This document shows, piece by piece, positions 9,878-21,230 of a stretch of 64,000 nucleotides of DNA. Under the pieces are notes generated by a model that saw only the letters and a list, made by a program, of their open reading frames with translations, was not told the origin of the DNA and made no database searches. Numbering within the stretch: the first letter of the stretch is position 1; every line of letters starts with the position of its first letter. The stretch is from Porticoccaceae bacterium (GTDB taxonomy: Bacteria; Pseudomonadota; Gammaproteobacteria; Pseudomonadales; Porticoccaceae). Both the position numbers and the translations under genes were made by a program. The stretch is from assembly GCA_029252555.1 (NCBI GenBank), contig JAQXBF010000005.1, forward strand, positions 114,460-178,459. The letters run 5' to 3'.

Positions 9878-12019
9878 ATGACTCCTTTAATTAAGAAGTT
9901 TCAGTACGGTAACCATACCGTCACGTTAGAAACTGGCCGCATTGCCCGTCAGGCAACTGGTGCAGTTTTATGTTCAATCGATAACACCTCAGTACTCTGT
10001 ACTGTAGTTGGCGCTCGTGAAGCCAAGCCGGGAATGGATTTCTTCCCCCTAGGCGTTCACTACATTGAGAAAGCCTATGCAGCAGGAAAAATTCCTGGTG
10101 GCTTCTTTAAGCGTGAAGGTCGCCCCAATGAGAAAGAGACACTGACCTCGCGTTTGATTGACCGTCCAATCCGTCCTCTTTTCCCCAACGGCTTTAAAAA
10201 CGAAGTACAGGTTGTTTGTACTGTTATGTCAGCCGAGAAGAACATTGATCCAGATATCGCCGCAATGATCGGTACCTCTGCAGCACTGTCAATCTCAGGC
10301 ATCCCCTTTAACGGCCCAGTTGGCGGCGCTCGTGTCGGTTACACCGAAGAGCAAGGCTACCTGCTGAACCCAACCTACGCAGAGCTGGAAGGCTCTTCAC
10401 TGGACATGGTTGTTGCCGGTACTAACGACGCAGTATTGATGGTTGAATCAGAAGCCAGCGAACTGTCAGAAGACACCATGCTGGGCGGCGTTCTGTTCGC
10501 TCACCAGGAAATGCAAACTGTTATCAGCGTAATCGAAGAGCTGGCCGCTGAAGCTGGCAAGCCACGTTGGGATTGGCAGGCAGAAGAAGAGAACACCGAG
10601 CTTAAAGCTGCACTGACAGGCCTGGTGGGCTCTGATCTGGATGCTGCTTACCAAGTGGTTGATAAGCAAGCTCGTGTTGTTTCAGTCAATGGTCTTCGCG
10701 ACCGTGCCACTGAAGAATTGGCTAGCGAAGATGGCCATTCTGCAGAAGACATCAAAGACGCCTTCAAAAAGCTCGAGAAGAGCATTGTGCGTGGTCGCAT
10801 CATCCGTGGTGAGCCACGTATCGATGGTCGTGACACCAAGAAGGTTCGCGCCATTAACGTAGAAGTAGGTATTCTCGACAAGGTTCATGGTTCATCATTG
10901 TTCACCCGTGGTGAGACACAGGCCATCGTTGCCGCCACACTGGGATCAACCCGTGATGCACAGATGATCGACGCCCTCGAAGGCAAAAGAGACGATCCAT
11001 TTATGCTGCACTACAACTTCCCTCCCTACTCAGTAGGCGAATGTGGCCGTATCGGCTTCACTAGCCGTCGTGAAGTAGGACATGGTCGTTTAGCCCGTCG
11101 CGGTATCAATGCTGTACTGCCTTCACAGGAAGATTTCCCATATGCCATGCGTGTGGTATCAGAGATCACAGAATCTAACGGTTCAAGCTCAATGGCTTCA
11201 GTTTGTGGCTCAAGCCTGGCACTGATGGACGCTGGTGTACCTCTAAAAGCTCCAGTTGCTGGTATCGCCATGGGTCTGGTTAAAGAGGCCGAAGGCTACG
11301 CAGTATTGACCGACATCCTCGGTGACGAAGATCACCTCGGTGATATGGACTTTAAAGTGGCTGGTACAGCTGCAGGTATCACTGCCTTGCAGATGGATAT
11401 CAAAATCGAAGGTATCACCGAAGAGATTATGGAAATTGCTCTAGAGCAAGCCATGGAAGCTCGTCTGCATATCCTTGATGAAATGAACAAGGTCATCGCT
11501 TCAGGTCGTGACGAAGTGGCTGAGACAGCACCTCGTATGGGCATGATGCAAATTGATTCCGATAAGATTCGCGATGTTATTGGTAAGGGCGGCGCAACTA
11601 TCCGTGGTCTTTGTGAAGAGCATAACTCGACTATCGATATTACTGATGATGGCGCGGTTAAAATCTACTCAGAAGACACAGAGGGTCTCAACTCTGCAAT
11701 GGACGCGATTAAAGCAATCGTAGCCGATCCAGAGCCAGGCACTATCTACGACGGTAAGGTTGTACGTATTGTAGACTTCGGTGCATTTGTTAACTTTATG
11801 CCCGGTACTGATGGTCTGGTTCATATCTCTCAGATCGCTCAGGAACGTGTTGCCAAAGTGACTGATTACCTGTCAGAAGGCCAAGACGTTCGTGTTAAGG
11901 TCACAGAGATCGACAACCGTGGCCGCGTTAAGCTGTCTATCAAAGAAGCGCAGATTGAAGAGGGCACAGTGCCAGAAGCGCCAGCTGCGGCCGCTGAAGA
12001 AGAGACTCCCGAAGCCTAA
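9878..12019 (+). CDS. pnp: Polyribonucleotide nucleotidyltransferase (PNPase)
   Basis: [50 protein letters not shown] and S1 domains. Confidence 0.99.
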   Translation: MTPLIKKFQYGNHTVTLETGRIARQATGAVLCSIDNTSVLCTVVGAREAKPGMDFFPLGVHYIEKAYAAGKIPGGFFKREGRPNEKETLTSRLIDRPIRPLFPNGFKNEVQVVCTVMSAEKNIDPDIAAMIGTSAALSISGIPFNGPVGGARVGYTEEQGYLLNPTYAELEGSSLDMVVAGTNDAVLMVESEASELSEDTMLGGVLFAHQEMQTVISVIEELAAEAGKPRWDWQAEEENTELKAALTGLVGSDLDAAYQVVDKQARVVSVNGLRDRATEELASEDGHSAEDIKDAFKKLEKSIVRGRIIRGEPRIDGRDTKKVRAINVEVGILDKVHGSSLFTRGETQAIVAATLGSTRDAQMIDALEGKRDDPFMLHYNFPPYSVGECGRIGFTSRREVGHGRLARRGINAVLPSQEDFPYAMRVVSEITESNGSSSMASVCGSSLALMDAGVPLKAPVAGIAMGLVKEAEGYAVLTDILGDEDHLGDMDFKVAGTAAGITALQMDIKIEGITEEIMEIALEQAMEARLHILDEMNKVIASGRDEVAETAPRMGMMQIDSDKIRDVIGKGGATIRGLCEEHNSTIDITDDGAVKIYSEDTEGLNSAMDAIKAIVADPEPGTIYDGKVVRIVDFGAFVNFMPGTDGLVHISQIAQERVAKVTDYLSEGQDVRVKVTEIDNRGRVKLSIKEAQIEEGTVPEAPAAAAEEETPEA

Positions 12020-12034
12020 GCTTCAAAGAGTTAC

Positions 12035-12073
12035 AAAAATCTCCGTCTGCGAAAGCAGTCGGGGATTTTTTTT
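12035..12073 (+). terminator. Intrinsic terminator of the pnp operon
   Basis: AAAAATCTCCGTCTGC-GAAA-GCAGTCGGGGATTTTT followed by further T residues. Confidence 0.85.
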
Positions 12074-12418
12074 GTCTCAAAAACCATAAACAGCGCACAG
12101 GACGGCTATATATCACGCAAAGTATTGGCAGATGTAATATTTGCCAACTATGATTTACAGGTCGAATTTCATTGATGCACTGTTATCCAACGGACGGATA
12201 AATGTCAATGAGGCAGAGCCGGTCATCTGCTGTGCCGTTGATGCAGATTGCCATAAATTATGGAGTTAGACCAATCTTAAGGAGCGAGATTGTTATGAAT
12301 AGGCGTATTTTCACCCTATGTAAATATCCTTTAGTCATTTCAATATTTTCCGCAACAGCGCTTGTAAGTAATTGTTAGTAGCACAACTTATTTTGGAGAA
12401 AGGCACTTGCCTGTGTGA

Positions 12419-13201
12419 CTACTTATAAATATTGTCACCAGTCAAGGCCTTATAGGTTTCGAGAACCCCTGTACGCAATACTTTATTATCAAGGGTTGTT
12501 GATCCACCAAAGTAGGATGTTGGCCTGTTGTAGGGGCTGGCCAAGTACCAATCGCAGGTCGTTGGCCATATCGCGTTGGGAACTAGGCCAGCTACTTCAA
12601 TGCCGTGACGATTAACTACATTTTCATAGGCTGCCAGCCAGCAGTCTCTAAGCCTAGATAATGTAGAGCTGAAGAGTAAATAGCCTTGTTGTCCGGTGTA
12701 GGTCTCAAACTTTGCTTTTGCCTGGTGGTATATAGGAAAATTGAATCCTTCCCACATATCACACAAGACTTCCTGATTAGGGCCACCTATTTCAGCAAGG
12801 ATCGCTAATAGGCTCTCCTTCATATCTACGGTTAATTCACCCTCTAAGGGCCCATCGATGCCCGCCGTACCGGGTTCTTGGGTAATGAATGGAAAGTTTT
12901 GAAGAAATTGCATCAGTCGGTGGGGGCGTCGGTTGTCGGCGATTTCGACGTCATCCCATCGAACAGGAGTTAACTTTTCCTCATCGACCCACCCAGCGCG
13001 AAGCGCCGCCCAGCCTTTGTCATCATTTGAGTCTAAGGAGTCAAAAGACCAACCAGGGTGACAAATGCGCACGTAGCTTGCAAATCCCGATGGCACAATT
13101 GTGTGAAGTGTGTACTTGGGGCCAATACACCGCTCCACTGCTCAGGCTGCACGTTTTGCGTCGGGCTCTACATCGTAAAATTCTAAAAAAGAATTATCCA
13201 T
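12419..13201 (-). pseudogene. Hypothetical protein gene interrupted by an in-frame TGA at codon 20
   Basis: ATG at 13201 reads MDNSFLEFYDVEPDAKRAA*AV, in frame with the 239-aa ORF starting at 13138; TGA at 13144-13142; body motifs IVPSGFASYVRICHP, VRW, PNAIWP...WYLAS...GG resemble a widespread uncharacterised family. Confidence 0.6.
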
Positions 13202-13299
13202 AGGTAATGACTTTCGTGCCACTGATCTGAACTGGTGAGTTGATCTACTCTAGCAAGAGATTCGGGACGCTTAGAGAAGGACTTTAAGGCGAGATAATC

Positions 13300-14973
13300 T
13301 TAGTTAGATGCCAGTGAAAGCAACTCAGAAGCATGGGAAAGCGTTTGCTCAGTCACTGTCGCACCACCTAGCATACGTGCCAGTTCTTCAACACGCTGCT
13401 GCTGATTAAGCGGTGTCATAAGAGATGCGGCACTTTGGGTATCCACGATCTTACTGGCCTGATAATGATGATGGGCATGAGCCGCCACCTGAGGCTGGTG
13501 AGTCACACTGATCACCTGGCCGCGATCACCCAGTATCTTCAGCAACTGCCCAACAATATCCGCGGTACTGCCACCAATTCCGACATCCACTTCATCAAAC
13601 ACCAGCGTAGGAATCTTAGAATGGGCTGCAGCCACCACCTGAATCGCCAGACTCACTCGCGAAAGCTCACCGCCAGAGGCAATCTTAGCTAAAGGCTTAT
13701 GAGGCTGGCCCGGGTTGGTCGCAATCACAAACTCCACCTCCTCAAAACCACTGGCCCGGTACTCGCCACTGTCGAGAGCCGCCAACCGAACCAAAAGCTC
13801 AGCGCCCTCCATACTCAGCATCTGAAGCTGCTGATTAATTTCTGCCGCCATCGTCTGCGAGCCCTGCTGACGAGTCGCACTTAACGTACGTGCGGAAGCT
13901 TCATAAATCGACGCCAGCTCAGTTGCCTGCTGTTGCAGCGCAGCAATACTCTCACCGCCATCTTGCAAGCTTTGTAATTCAGACTCCAGCACAGTCAGAG
14001 TCTCCGCCAACTGATCTGCGTTAACCCGATGCTTGCGCGCCATTTGGAAAATAACTGCCAGCTGCTCCTCAACCTGCTGCAAACGTTGAGGGTCTGCCTC
14101 AAAACGATCAACATGGCTCTCAATCTCGCGAGTAGCCTCCTCAATCTGAATCAGGCCATTTTGTAATAGCTCCTCAGCATTACTGAGAGCCTCCGGCTTG
14201 TGTTTAAGCCCAGCCAATGAAGAGAGCGCGCGGTTCAGTCCATCGCGCACATTAAAACCTTCAGTTTGGTCGCAGATCGCCAGTACAGCCTGACTCTCCT
14301 GCAAAATCTGCTCGGCATTGGCCAGCGTCTGTTGCTCTATTTCCAGCTTGGCCAGCGCACTTGGGTCCAGATCCAGCTGTTGCAGCTCATTAACCTGAAA
14401 ACTTAATAAATCTTTGCGTGCGATGAGCTCATCTGAACGCTCCATCAGATTGCTGAGTTTTTTGTGGGCAGCATGCCATTGGCGATAATCGGCCTCCACC
14501 TGAGTTGCCAAATCAGAGGCATTGGCATAGTCATCTAATAGCTTGCGATGAGTTTCGCGGCGCAGCAAAGATTGGTGCTCGTGCTGGCTGTGAATATCAG
14601 TGAGCATTTCGCCCAGCTGTTGCAGTTGCTGCATGGTACAACTTTGGCCATTGATATAGCCTCGGGAGCGACCCTCTGTAGTGTATATGCGACGCAGAAT
14701 ACATTGTTCATCAGTATTAAAATCATTGCTCTGCAGCCAATCCATAGCCTCATCAAGGCCCTGAATATCAAATGTTGCGGTGATTTCAGCGCGATCTTTA
14801 CCGTGGCGAATAGTGCCAGTATCAGCGCGGTCACCCAGTGCCATGCCCAGAGCATCCAACACCAGCGATTTACCAGCACCAGTTTCCCCCGTGATAGCCG
14901 TAGTGCCCCCTGAGAATTCTATTTCGAGGGATTCTACTAGAGTGTAATTATTGATATTAATGGATAGAAGCAA
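13300..14973 (-). CDS. recN: DNA repair protein RecN
   Basis: ITGETGAGKS Walker A, IHSQHEHQSLL, ASGGELSR, VFDEVDVGIGG, VTHQPQVAA. Confidence 0.98.
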   Translation of the reverse strand: MLLSININNYTLVESLEIEFSGGTTAITGETGAGKSLVLDALGMALGDRADTGTIRHGKDRAEITATFDIQGLDEAMDWLQSNDFNTDEQCILRRIYTTEGRSRGYINGQSCTMQQLQQLGEMLTDIHSQHEHQSLLRRETHRKLLDDYANASDLATQVEADYRQWHAAHKKLSNLMERSDELIARKDLLSFQVNELQQLDLDPSALAKLEIEQQTLANAEQILQESQAVLAICDQTEGFNVRDGLNRALSSLAGLKHKPEALSNAEELLQNGLIQIEEATREIESHVDRFEADPQRLQQVEEQLAVIFQMARKHRVNADQLAETLTVLESELQSLQDGGESIAALQQQATELASIYEASARTLSATRQQGSQTMAAEINQQLQMLSMEGAELLVRLAALDSGEYRASGFEEVEFVIATNPGQPHKPLAKIASGGELSRVSLAIQVVAAAHSKIPTLVFDEVDVGIGGSTADIVGQLLKILGDRGQVISVTHQPQVAAHAHHHYQASKIVDTQSAASLMTPLNQQQRVEELARMLGGATVTEQTLSHASELLSLASN

Positions 14974-15036
14974 TGTTTTTTAATCAGCCAAAATTGAACT
15001 TAGGTTTATACAGAACAGATTGCTGTTACGCAATCG

Positions 15037-15064
15037 CTTGAAACTCAATAGTTTGTCCCCATAT
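15037..15064 (+). promoter_or_regulatory. Sigma32 (RpoH) heat-shock promoter of grpE
   Basis: CTTGAA (15037-15042), 14 bp, CCCCATAT (15057-15064); matches the RpoH consensus. Confidence 0.88.
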
Positions 15065-15129
15065 TTAGGAACAGAGCAAATATAACGGTCCTTCGGATCA
15101 ATCATGTGAACAAAAAGTGAGGAGTTGGC

Positions 15130-15747
15130 GTGTCAGACGAAACCAACAATGATGAAAAAATAGCGGCCAATGATGAGCCAGAGCAGTCCGCAACTGAAGA
15201 AAGTACCCCGGAGGCGACCCTGGATGAAGTAAATGCCGAGATCGAAGCTGAGCTGATGGACGAAATGGACAGTCAGGCAGAAGAAGAGCAGCAGTCGGAA
15301 ACAGATCAATTGCGAGCACAGGCAGCAGTCGCTAATGATCAAGTGCTAAGAGTTCAGGCCGAGATGCAAAATGTACGTCGCCGCGCCGAGCGGGATGTTG
15401 AAAACGCTCATAAATATGCACTGGATAAGTTTGCTGCCGACCTGTTGCCCGTCGTTGATAACCTGGAGCGGGCCCTCTCCGCGATTGATAGTGCCGATGA
15501 AGGCCAGAAGCCCGTTGCCGAAGGTATTGAACTGACCCTAAAATCATTTTTGGATGTGCTGGTGCGTTTCAAAATTGAAGCCATCGACCCAGCGGGGCAG
15601 CCTTTTGACGCGGACCTGCACCAGGCAGTGAGCATGGTGCCCAACCCAGACCTGGAGCATAACACCGTGATGGATGTATTCCAGAAAGGCTACACCTTAA
15701 ATGGCCGTCTGGTGCGACCAGCAATGGTTGTGGTATCTCAGGGATAA
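15130..15747 (+). CDS. grpE: Nucleotide exchange factor GrpE
   Basis: [52 protein letters not shown]. Confidence 0.98.
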   Translation: MSDETNNDEKIAANDEPEQSATEESTPEATLDEVNAEIEAELMDEMDSQAEEEQQSETDQLRAQAAVANDQVLRVQAEMQNVRRRAERDVENAHKYALDKFAADLLPVVDNLERALSAIDSADEGQKPVAEGIELTLKSFLDVLVRFKIEAIDPAGQPFDADLHQAVSMVPNPDLEHNTVMDVFQKGYTLNGRLVRPAMVVVSQG

Positions 15748-15772
15748 AAACACTGAATTGACGGGTGTGGCC

Positions 15773-15800
15773 CTTGAATTACTCGAATTCGCACCCACAT
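15773..15800 (+). promoter_or_regulatory. Second sigma32 promoter, upstream of dnaK
   Basis: CTTGAA (15773-15778), 14 bp, ACCCACAT (15793-15800; 6/8 to CCCCATAT). Confidence 0.65.
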
Positions 15801-15849
15801 ATATAACAAGCAAGTAAACATCTACAGATAAGTAACGGAGAAACAAAAA

Positions 15850-17784
15850 ATGGGAAAGATTATCGGAATAGATTTGGGAACCACCAACTCCTGTGTGTCG
15901 GTTCTTGAAGGCGATAAGCCCAAAGTCATTGAAAATGCAGAGGGCGCGCGAACCACGCCATCTGTCGTCGCTTTCACTGAAGAAGGTGAGATTTTAGTTG
16001 GCCAATCCGCCAAGCGCCAGGCAGTCACAAACCCGCACAACACAGTGTATGCGGTTAAGCGTCTGATCGGTCGTCGCTTTGAAGATGACGTAGTGCAGAA
16101 AGATATAAAAATGGTGCCCTACAAAATCGTCAAAGCAGACAATGGCGATGCCTGGGTAGAGATCAAAGGGGACAGCAAAGCGGCTCCACAGATTTCCGCA
16201 GAAGTACTGAAGAAAATGAAAAAAACCGCCGAAGACTATCTCGGCGAGACAGTATCAGAAGCCGTTATTACGGTTCCTGCTTACTTCAATGACTCCCAGC
16301 GTCAGGCGACCAAAGATGCAGGCAGGATTGCCGGTCTGGATGTTAAGCGCATTATCAATGAGCCCACTGCTGCGGCACTTGCCTATGGTATCGATAAAAC
16401 TGCCGGTGACAGCGTGGTTGCTGTATATGACCTCGGTGGTGGTACCTTCGATATCTCAATCATTGAGATTGCCGATGTCGATGGCGAAAAACAGTTTGAA
16501 GTACTGGCTACTAACGGTGATACATTCCTGGGTGGTGAAGACTTCGATATGCGATTGATCGAATATTTGTCAGCGGAATTTAAAACCGATAGTGGCATTG
16601 ATATTCACGGCGATCCACTGGCTATGCAGCGTCTTAAAGAGGCGGCAGAAAAAGCCAAAATCGAGTTGTCTTCCAGCTCACAGACCGAAGTTAATCTGCC
16701 TTACATTACTGCAGACGCCACTGGTCCCAAGCATCTGGTGGTCAAGCTGACTCGCGCCAAGCTGGAGTCATTGGTTGAAGATTTGGTTGAGCGTTCGTTG
16801 GCACCGCTAAAAGTTGCCCTGAAAGATGCGGGCAAGTCTACCTCAGAGATCGACGAGATTATCTTGGTAGGTGGTCAGACGCGTATGCCGCTGGTACAGG
16901 AAAAAGTAACTGCATTTTTCGGCAAAGAGCCCCGTAAAGATGTTAACCCTGACGAAGCTGTTGCTGTTGGCGCTGGTTTGCAAGGTGCAGTACTTGCCGG
17001 TGATGTCACCGATGTACTGTTGCTTGACGTAACTCCTCTGAGCCTGGGTATTGAAACCATGGGTGGCGTTGCTACTCCAGTTATTGAGAAAAACACCACG
17101 ATTCCTACCAAGAAATCGCAGATTTTCTCTACCGCTGATGACAATCAAACAGCCGTAACCATTCACGTGGTTCAGGGTGAGCGCAAGCAGGCCACAGGCA
17201 ATAAGTCACTCGGTCGTTTTGATCTGGCGGATATTCCACCTGCCCCCCGCGGTATGCCTCAGATTGAAGTAACCTTTGATATTGATGCCAACGGTATTCT
17301 GCATGTTGGTGCCAAAGATAAGGCTACTGGCAAAGAGCAGTCGATTATTATTAAAGCTTCCTCTGGCCTATCTGATGATGAAATCGATGCAATGGTCAAG
17401 GATGCCGAAGCCAATGCCGCTGAAGACCAGAAGTTTGAAGAACTGGTGCAGGCGCGCAATACGGCTGATGGCTTGGCCCACGCTGCCAAAAAGACGATTG
17501 AAGAAGCTGGGGACAAAGCCACTGACGAAGAGAAAACAGCGATTGAAGCTGCTATCAAGCAAGTTGAAGAAGCGGTTCAAGGCGACGATAGAGAAGCCAT
17601 TGATGAAGCTGCCAAGGTTCTCTCCGAGGCCTCTTCTGGCCTAGCCCAGAAAATGTACGCCGATCAAGCCGAAGCCGGACAGGCTGAGGGTGGCGAACAG
17701 GCTGCTGGTGACGACGCCATGGATGCCGAGTTTGAAGAAGTAAAAGAAGACGCGGAGGAAGAAGCCAAAGAGGACAGTAAATAA
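15850..17784 (+). CDS. dnaK: Chaperone DnaK (Hsp70)
   Basis: [42 protein letters not shown]. Confidence 0.99.
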   Translation: MGKIIGIDLGTTNSCVSVLEGDKPKVIENAEGARTTPSVVAFTEEGEILVGQSAKRQAVTNPHNTVYAVKRLIGRRFEDDVVQKDIKMVPYKIVKADNGDAWVEIKGDSKAAPQISAEVLKKMKKTAEDYLGETVSEAVITVPAYFNDSQRQATKDAGRIAGLDVKRIINEPTAAALAYGIDKTAGDSVVAVYDLGGGTFDISIIEIADVDGEKQFEVLATNGDTFLGGEDFDMRLIEYLSAEFKTDSGIDIHGDPLAMQRLKEAAEKAKIELSSSSQTEVNLPYITADATGPKHLVVKLTRAKLESLVEDLVERSLAPLKVALKDAGKSTSEIDEIILVGGQTRMPLVQEKVTAFFGKEPRKDVNPDEAVAVGAGLQGAVLAGDVTDVLLLDVTPLSLGIETMGGVATPVIEKNTTIPTKKSQIFSTADDNQTAVTIHVVQGERKQATGNKSLGRFDLADIPPAPRGMPQIEVTFDIDANGILHVGAKDKATGKEQSIIIKASSGLSDDEIDAMVKDAEANAAEDQKFEELVQARNTADGLAHAAKKTIEEAGDKATDEEKTAIEAAIKQVEEAVQGDDREAIDEAAKVLSEASSGLAQKMYADQAEAGQAEGGEQAAGDDAMDAEFEEVKEDAEEEAKEDSK

Positions 17785-17807
17785 GTTTCCTCTGGTTACT
17801 AGCACTC

Positions 17808-17838
17808 TATTAGGCGCGGGCATGTTCCGCGCCTAATA
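17808..17838 (+). other. Intercistronic dnaK-dnaJ hairpin (12-bp stem, no U tract; likely mRNA stability element)
   Basis: TATTAGGCGCGG-GCATGTT-CCGCGCCTAATA. Confidence 0.6.
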
Positions 17839-17872
17839 TTATCAGCGATATTTAGGATAAAAGAAGCAACCT

Positions 17873-18997
17873 ATGGCTAAGCGCGACTATTACGAAGTAC
17901 TGGGTGTTCAGAAAGGCGCCACTGATTCAGAGATCAAGAAGGCGTTTCGTCGCATTGCGATGAAATATCACCCAGATCGCAATCCCGACAGCAAAGATGC
18001 CGAAGAGAAATTCAAAGAAGCTCAGGAAGCCTATGAAATTCTTGGTGACGAAGACAAGAAGTCCACCTATGACCGCTTTGGTCATGCGGGGGTCGATGGA
18101 AATGCAGGTGCAGGGAGCGCTGGTGGGGCAGGCTTTAGCGATGTCTTTGGTGATGTCTTTGGCGATATTTTTGGTGGCGGCGGTGGCCGTGGTCGCGGTG
18201 GCCCGCAGCGCGGCTCAGATTTGCGCTACGACCTGCAGCTGGATCTGGAGGATGCAGTAAAAGGTAAGACAGTACAGATTGAGGTGCCAACTCTAAGCCA
18301 CTGCGAAACCTGTGACGGCACTGGTGCACGCAAAGGTTCCACTCCGGTTACCTGCGGCACCTGCGGTGGTCTCGGGCAGGTGCGTATGTCTCAGGGTTTC
18401 TTCTCTGTGCAACAGACCTGCCCCGACTGTGGAGGGCGCGGTCAGACCATCAAAGACCCCTGTGGCGATTGTCATGGTAGAGGGGTCATCGAAGAGCGCA
18501 AAACGCTGTCGGTTAAAATTCCTGCCGGAGTGGATACTGGTGATCGTATTCGTCTTGCTGGCAAAGGTGAGGCTGGCCCCCAGGGTGGCCCAGCTGGTGA
18601 CCTGTATGTACAGATGCACGTGCGTGAGCACAGTATCTTTGTTCGCGACGACGCCAACCTTCATTGCGAAGTCCCCATTAGTTTTGCTCAGGCCGCTCTG
18701 AGTGGTGAAATTGAAGTCCCCACGCTTTCTGGCAAAGTAAAATTAAAAATACCCGCTGAAACTCAGAGCGGTAAGCTATTCCGATTGCGCGGCAAGGGCG
18801 TTGCCCCTGTGCGTGGTGGAGCAACTGGCGACTTACTGTGCAGAGTAGTTTTAGAAACGCCAGTCAATCTGAGTAGTGAGCAACGTGAAATTCTGCAACA
18901 GTTTGACAAGAGTCTGTCTGGTAACAGCAAACATTCCCCGCGCAGCAATAATTGGTTTGATGGGGTAAAGAAATTCTTCGATAATCTTACCGGTTAG
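17873..18997 (+). CDS. dnaJ: Chaperone DnaJ
   Basis: J domain HPDRN, G/F region, four CxxCxGxG zinc motifs. Confidence 0.99.
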   Translation: MAKRDYYEVLGVQKGATDSEIKKAFRRIAMKYHPDRNPDSKDAEEKFKEAQEAYEILGDEDKKSTYDRFGHAGVDGNAGAGSAGGAGFSDVFGDVFGDIFGGGGGRGRGGPQRGSDLRYDLQLDLEDAVKGKTVQIEVPTLSHCETCDGTGARKGSTPVTCGTCGGLGQVRMSQGFFSVQQTCPDCGGRGQTIKDPCGDCHGRGVIEERKTLSVKIPAGVDTGDRIRLAGKGEAGPQGGPAGDLYVQMHVREHSIFVRDDANLHCEVPISFAQAALSGEIEVPTLSGKVKLKIPAETQSGKLFRLRGKGVAPVRGGATGDLLCRVVLETPVNLSSEQREILQQFDKSLSGNSKHSPRSNNWFDGVKKFFDNLTG

Positions 18998-19017
18998 GGT
19001 TACAGTTAAAAAATTAA

Positions 19018-19851
<834 letters not shown>

Positions 19852-19885
19852 TCCACGTAAGCAGCGAAATTATCCCCATCAATGA

Positions 19886-19914
19886 TAGACAAAAACGGCC
19901 TCTTTCAATACAAT
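19886..19914 (+). promoter_or_regulatory. Sigma70 promoter of carAB
   Basis: TAGACA (19886-19891), 17 bp, TACAAT (19909-19914). Confidence 0.7.
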
Positions 19915-19984
19915 ACCTTTCTAACACCGCGACAATAAAAGCGGTCTCGTTCCGAGAGGTTAGAGCACAGAATATTATTTAATT

Positions 19985-20021
19985 AAACGAGATGAGACGC
20001 TGAGTTTCATCTCGTTTTTTT
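19985..20021 (+). terminator. Leader (attenuator) terminator upstream of carA
   Basis: AAACGAGATGAGAC-GCTGA-GTTTCATCTCGTTT with a 7-T run, between the promoter and the carA start. Confidence 0.8.
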
Positions 20022-20087
20022 GCAAATGTCTGATGTGCATTTCGGAGTTATCTAATTCCAGGTCCATGTGACTATTTAGGAGGTTGT

Positions 20088-21224
20088 GTGAATTCCCAGA
20101 CTCACCGGGAAGCCGTACTTGCGCTTGCAGACGGAACAATTTTCAGAGGAACTGCCATTGGTGCAGAGGGTTCTTCTGTTGGTGAAGTAGTTTTTAACAC
20201 AGCCCTCACAGGGTATCAGGAGATTCTTACTGATCCCTCATACGCCCGTCAGATTGTCACCCTTACCTATCCTCATATCGGCAATGTCGGTGTGAATAAG
20301 GAAGATGACGAGTCCGATCAGATATGGGCCGCCGGGCTGGTTATCCGCGACTTACCGCTGCTGGCATCAAACTTTCGCAGCGAACAGAATCTCGACGACT
20401 ATCTAAAAGAAAAAAATATTCTCGGTATTGCCGATATCGACACTCGTAAGCTCACCCGCATACTTCGCGAAACAGGTGCTCAGAGTGGCTGCATTATGGC
20501 GGGCGATATAGACGACGCAACTGCCTTAGCTGCAGCCTGCGATTTTGCCGGTCTCAAAGGTATGGACCTAGCCAAAGAAGTCACCGCTGCTAAAAGCTAT
20601 GCATGGACAGAGCATAGCTGGGAACTAGGTGTGGGCCACAAGCAATCCACTGGTGGCAAATTTAAAGTGGTTGCGTTTGACTATGGCGTTAAACGCAACA
20701 TCCTGCGCATGCTAGTGGATCGCGACTGCAACCTCATCGTAGTGCCAGCACAGACCCCAGCCAGCGAAGTGCTGGCCATGAAACCCGATGGTATCTTTCT
20801 ATCCAATGGCCCCGGTGATCCCGAGCCATGCGACTATGCTATTCAAGCAATCACAGAAATTTTAGACACAGAGATTCCAGTGTTTGGTATCTGCCTGGGT
20901 CATCAGCTATTGGCACTGGCCTCTGGCGCAAAAACCGCGAAGATGAAATTTGGCCATCACGGTGCCAACCATCCGGTGGAAGAAATCGACAAGAATGTTG
21001 TGATGATCACCAGCCAGAATCATGGTTTCACAGTGGAAGAGGAGGGCCTGCCAGATTGTTTACGCGCCACTCATCGCTCATTGTTCGATGGCTCACTGCA
21101 AGGTATCCATCGCACTGACAAGCCGGCATTCAGTTTTCAGGGCCACCCGGAAGCCAGCCCCGGCCCCCATGATGCAGCATCATTGTTTGACCACTTTATT
21201 GAATTAATGGAAGAGCGCGGTTAA
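20088..21224 (+). CDS. carA: Carbamoyl-phosphate synthase small subunit
   Basis: [48 protein letters not shown]. Confidence 0.99.
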   Translation: MNSQTHREAVLALADGTIFRGTAIGAEGSSVGEVVFNTALTGYQEILTDPSYARQIVTLTYPHIGNVGVNKEDDESDQIWAAGLVIRDLPLLASNFRSEQNLDDYLKEKNILGIADIDTRKLTRILRETGAQSGCIMAGDIDDATALAAACDFAGLKGMDLAKEVTAAKSYAWTEHSWELGVGHKQSTGGKFKVVAFDYGVKRNILRMLVDRDCNLIVVPAQTPASEVLAMKPDGIFLSNGPGDPEPCDYAIQAITEILDTEIPVFGICLGHQLLALASGAKTAKMKFGHHGANHPVEEIDKNVVMITSQNHGFTVEEEGLPDCLRATHRSLFDGSLQGIHRTDKPAFSFQGHPEASPGPHDAASLFDHFIELMEERG

Positions 21225-21230
21225 CCCCCT

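Noticed and set aside
14998-15013. Possible LexA box upstream of recN (ACTTAGGTTTATACAG)
   Set aside because: Only the ATACAG half matches CTGT-N8-ACAG; too weak to call.
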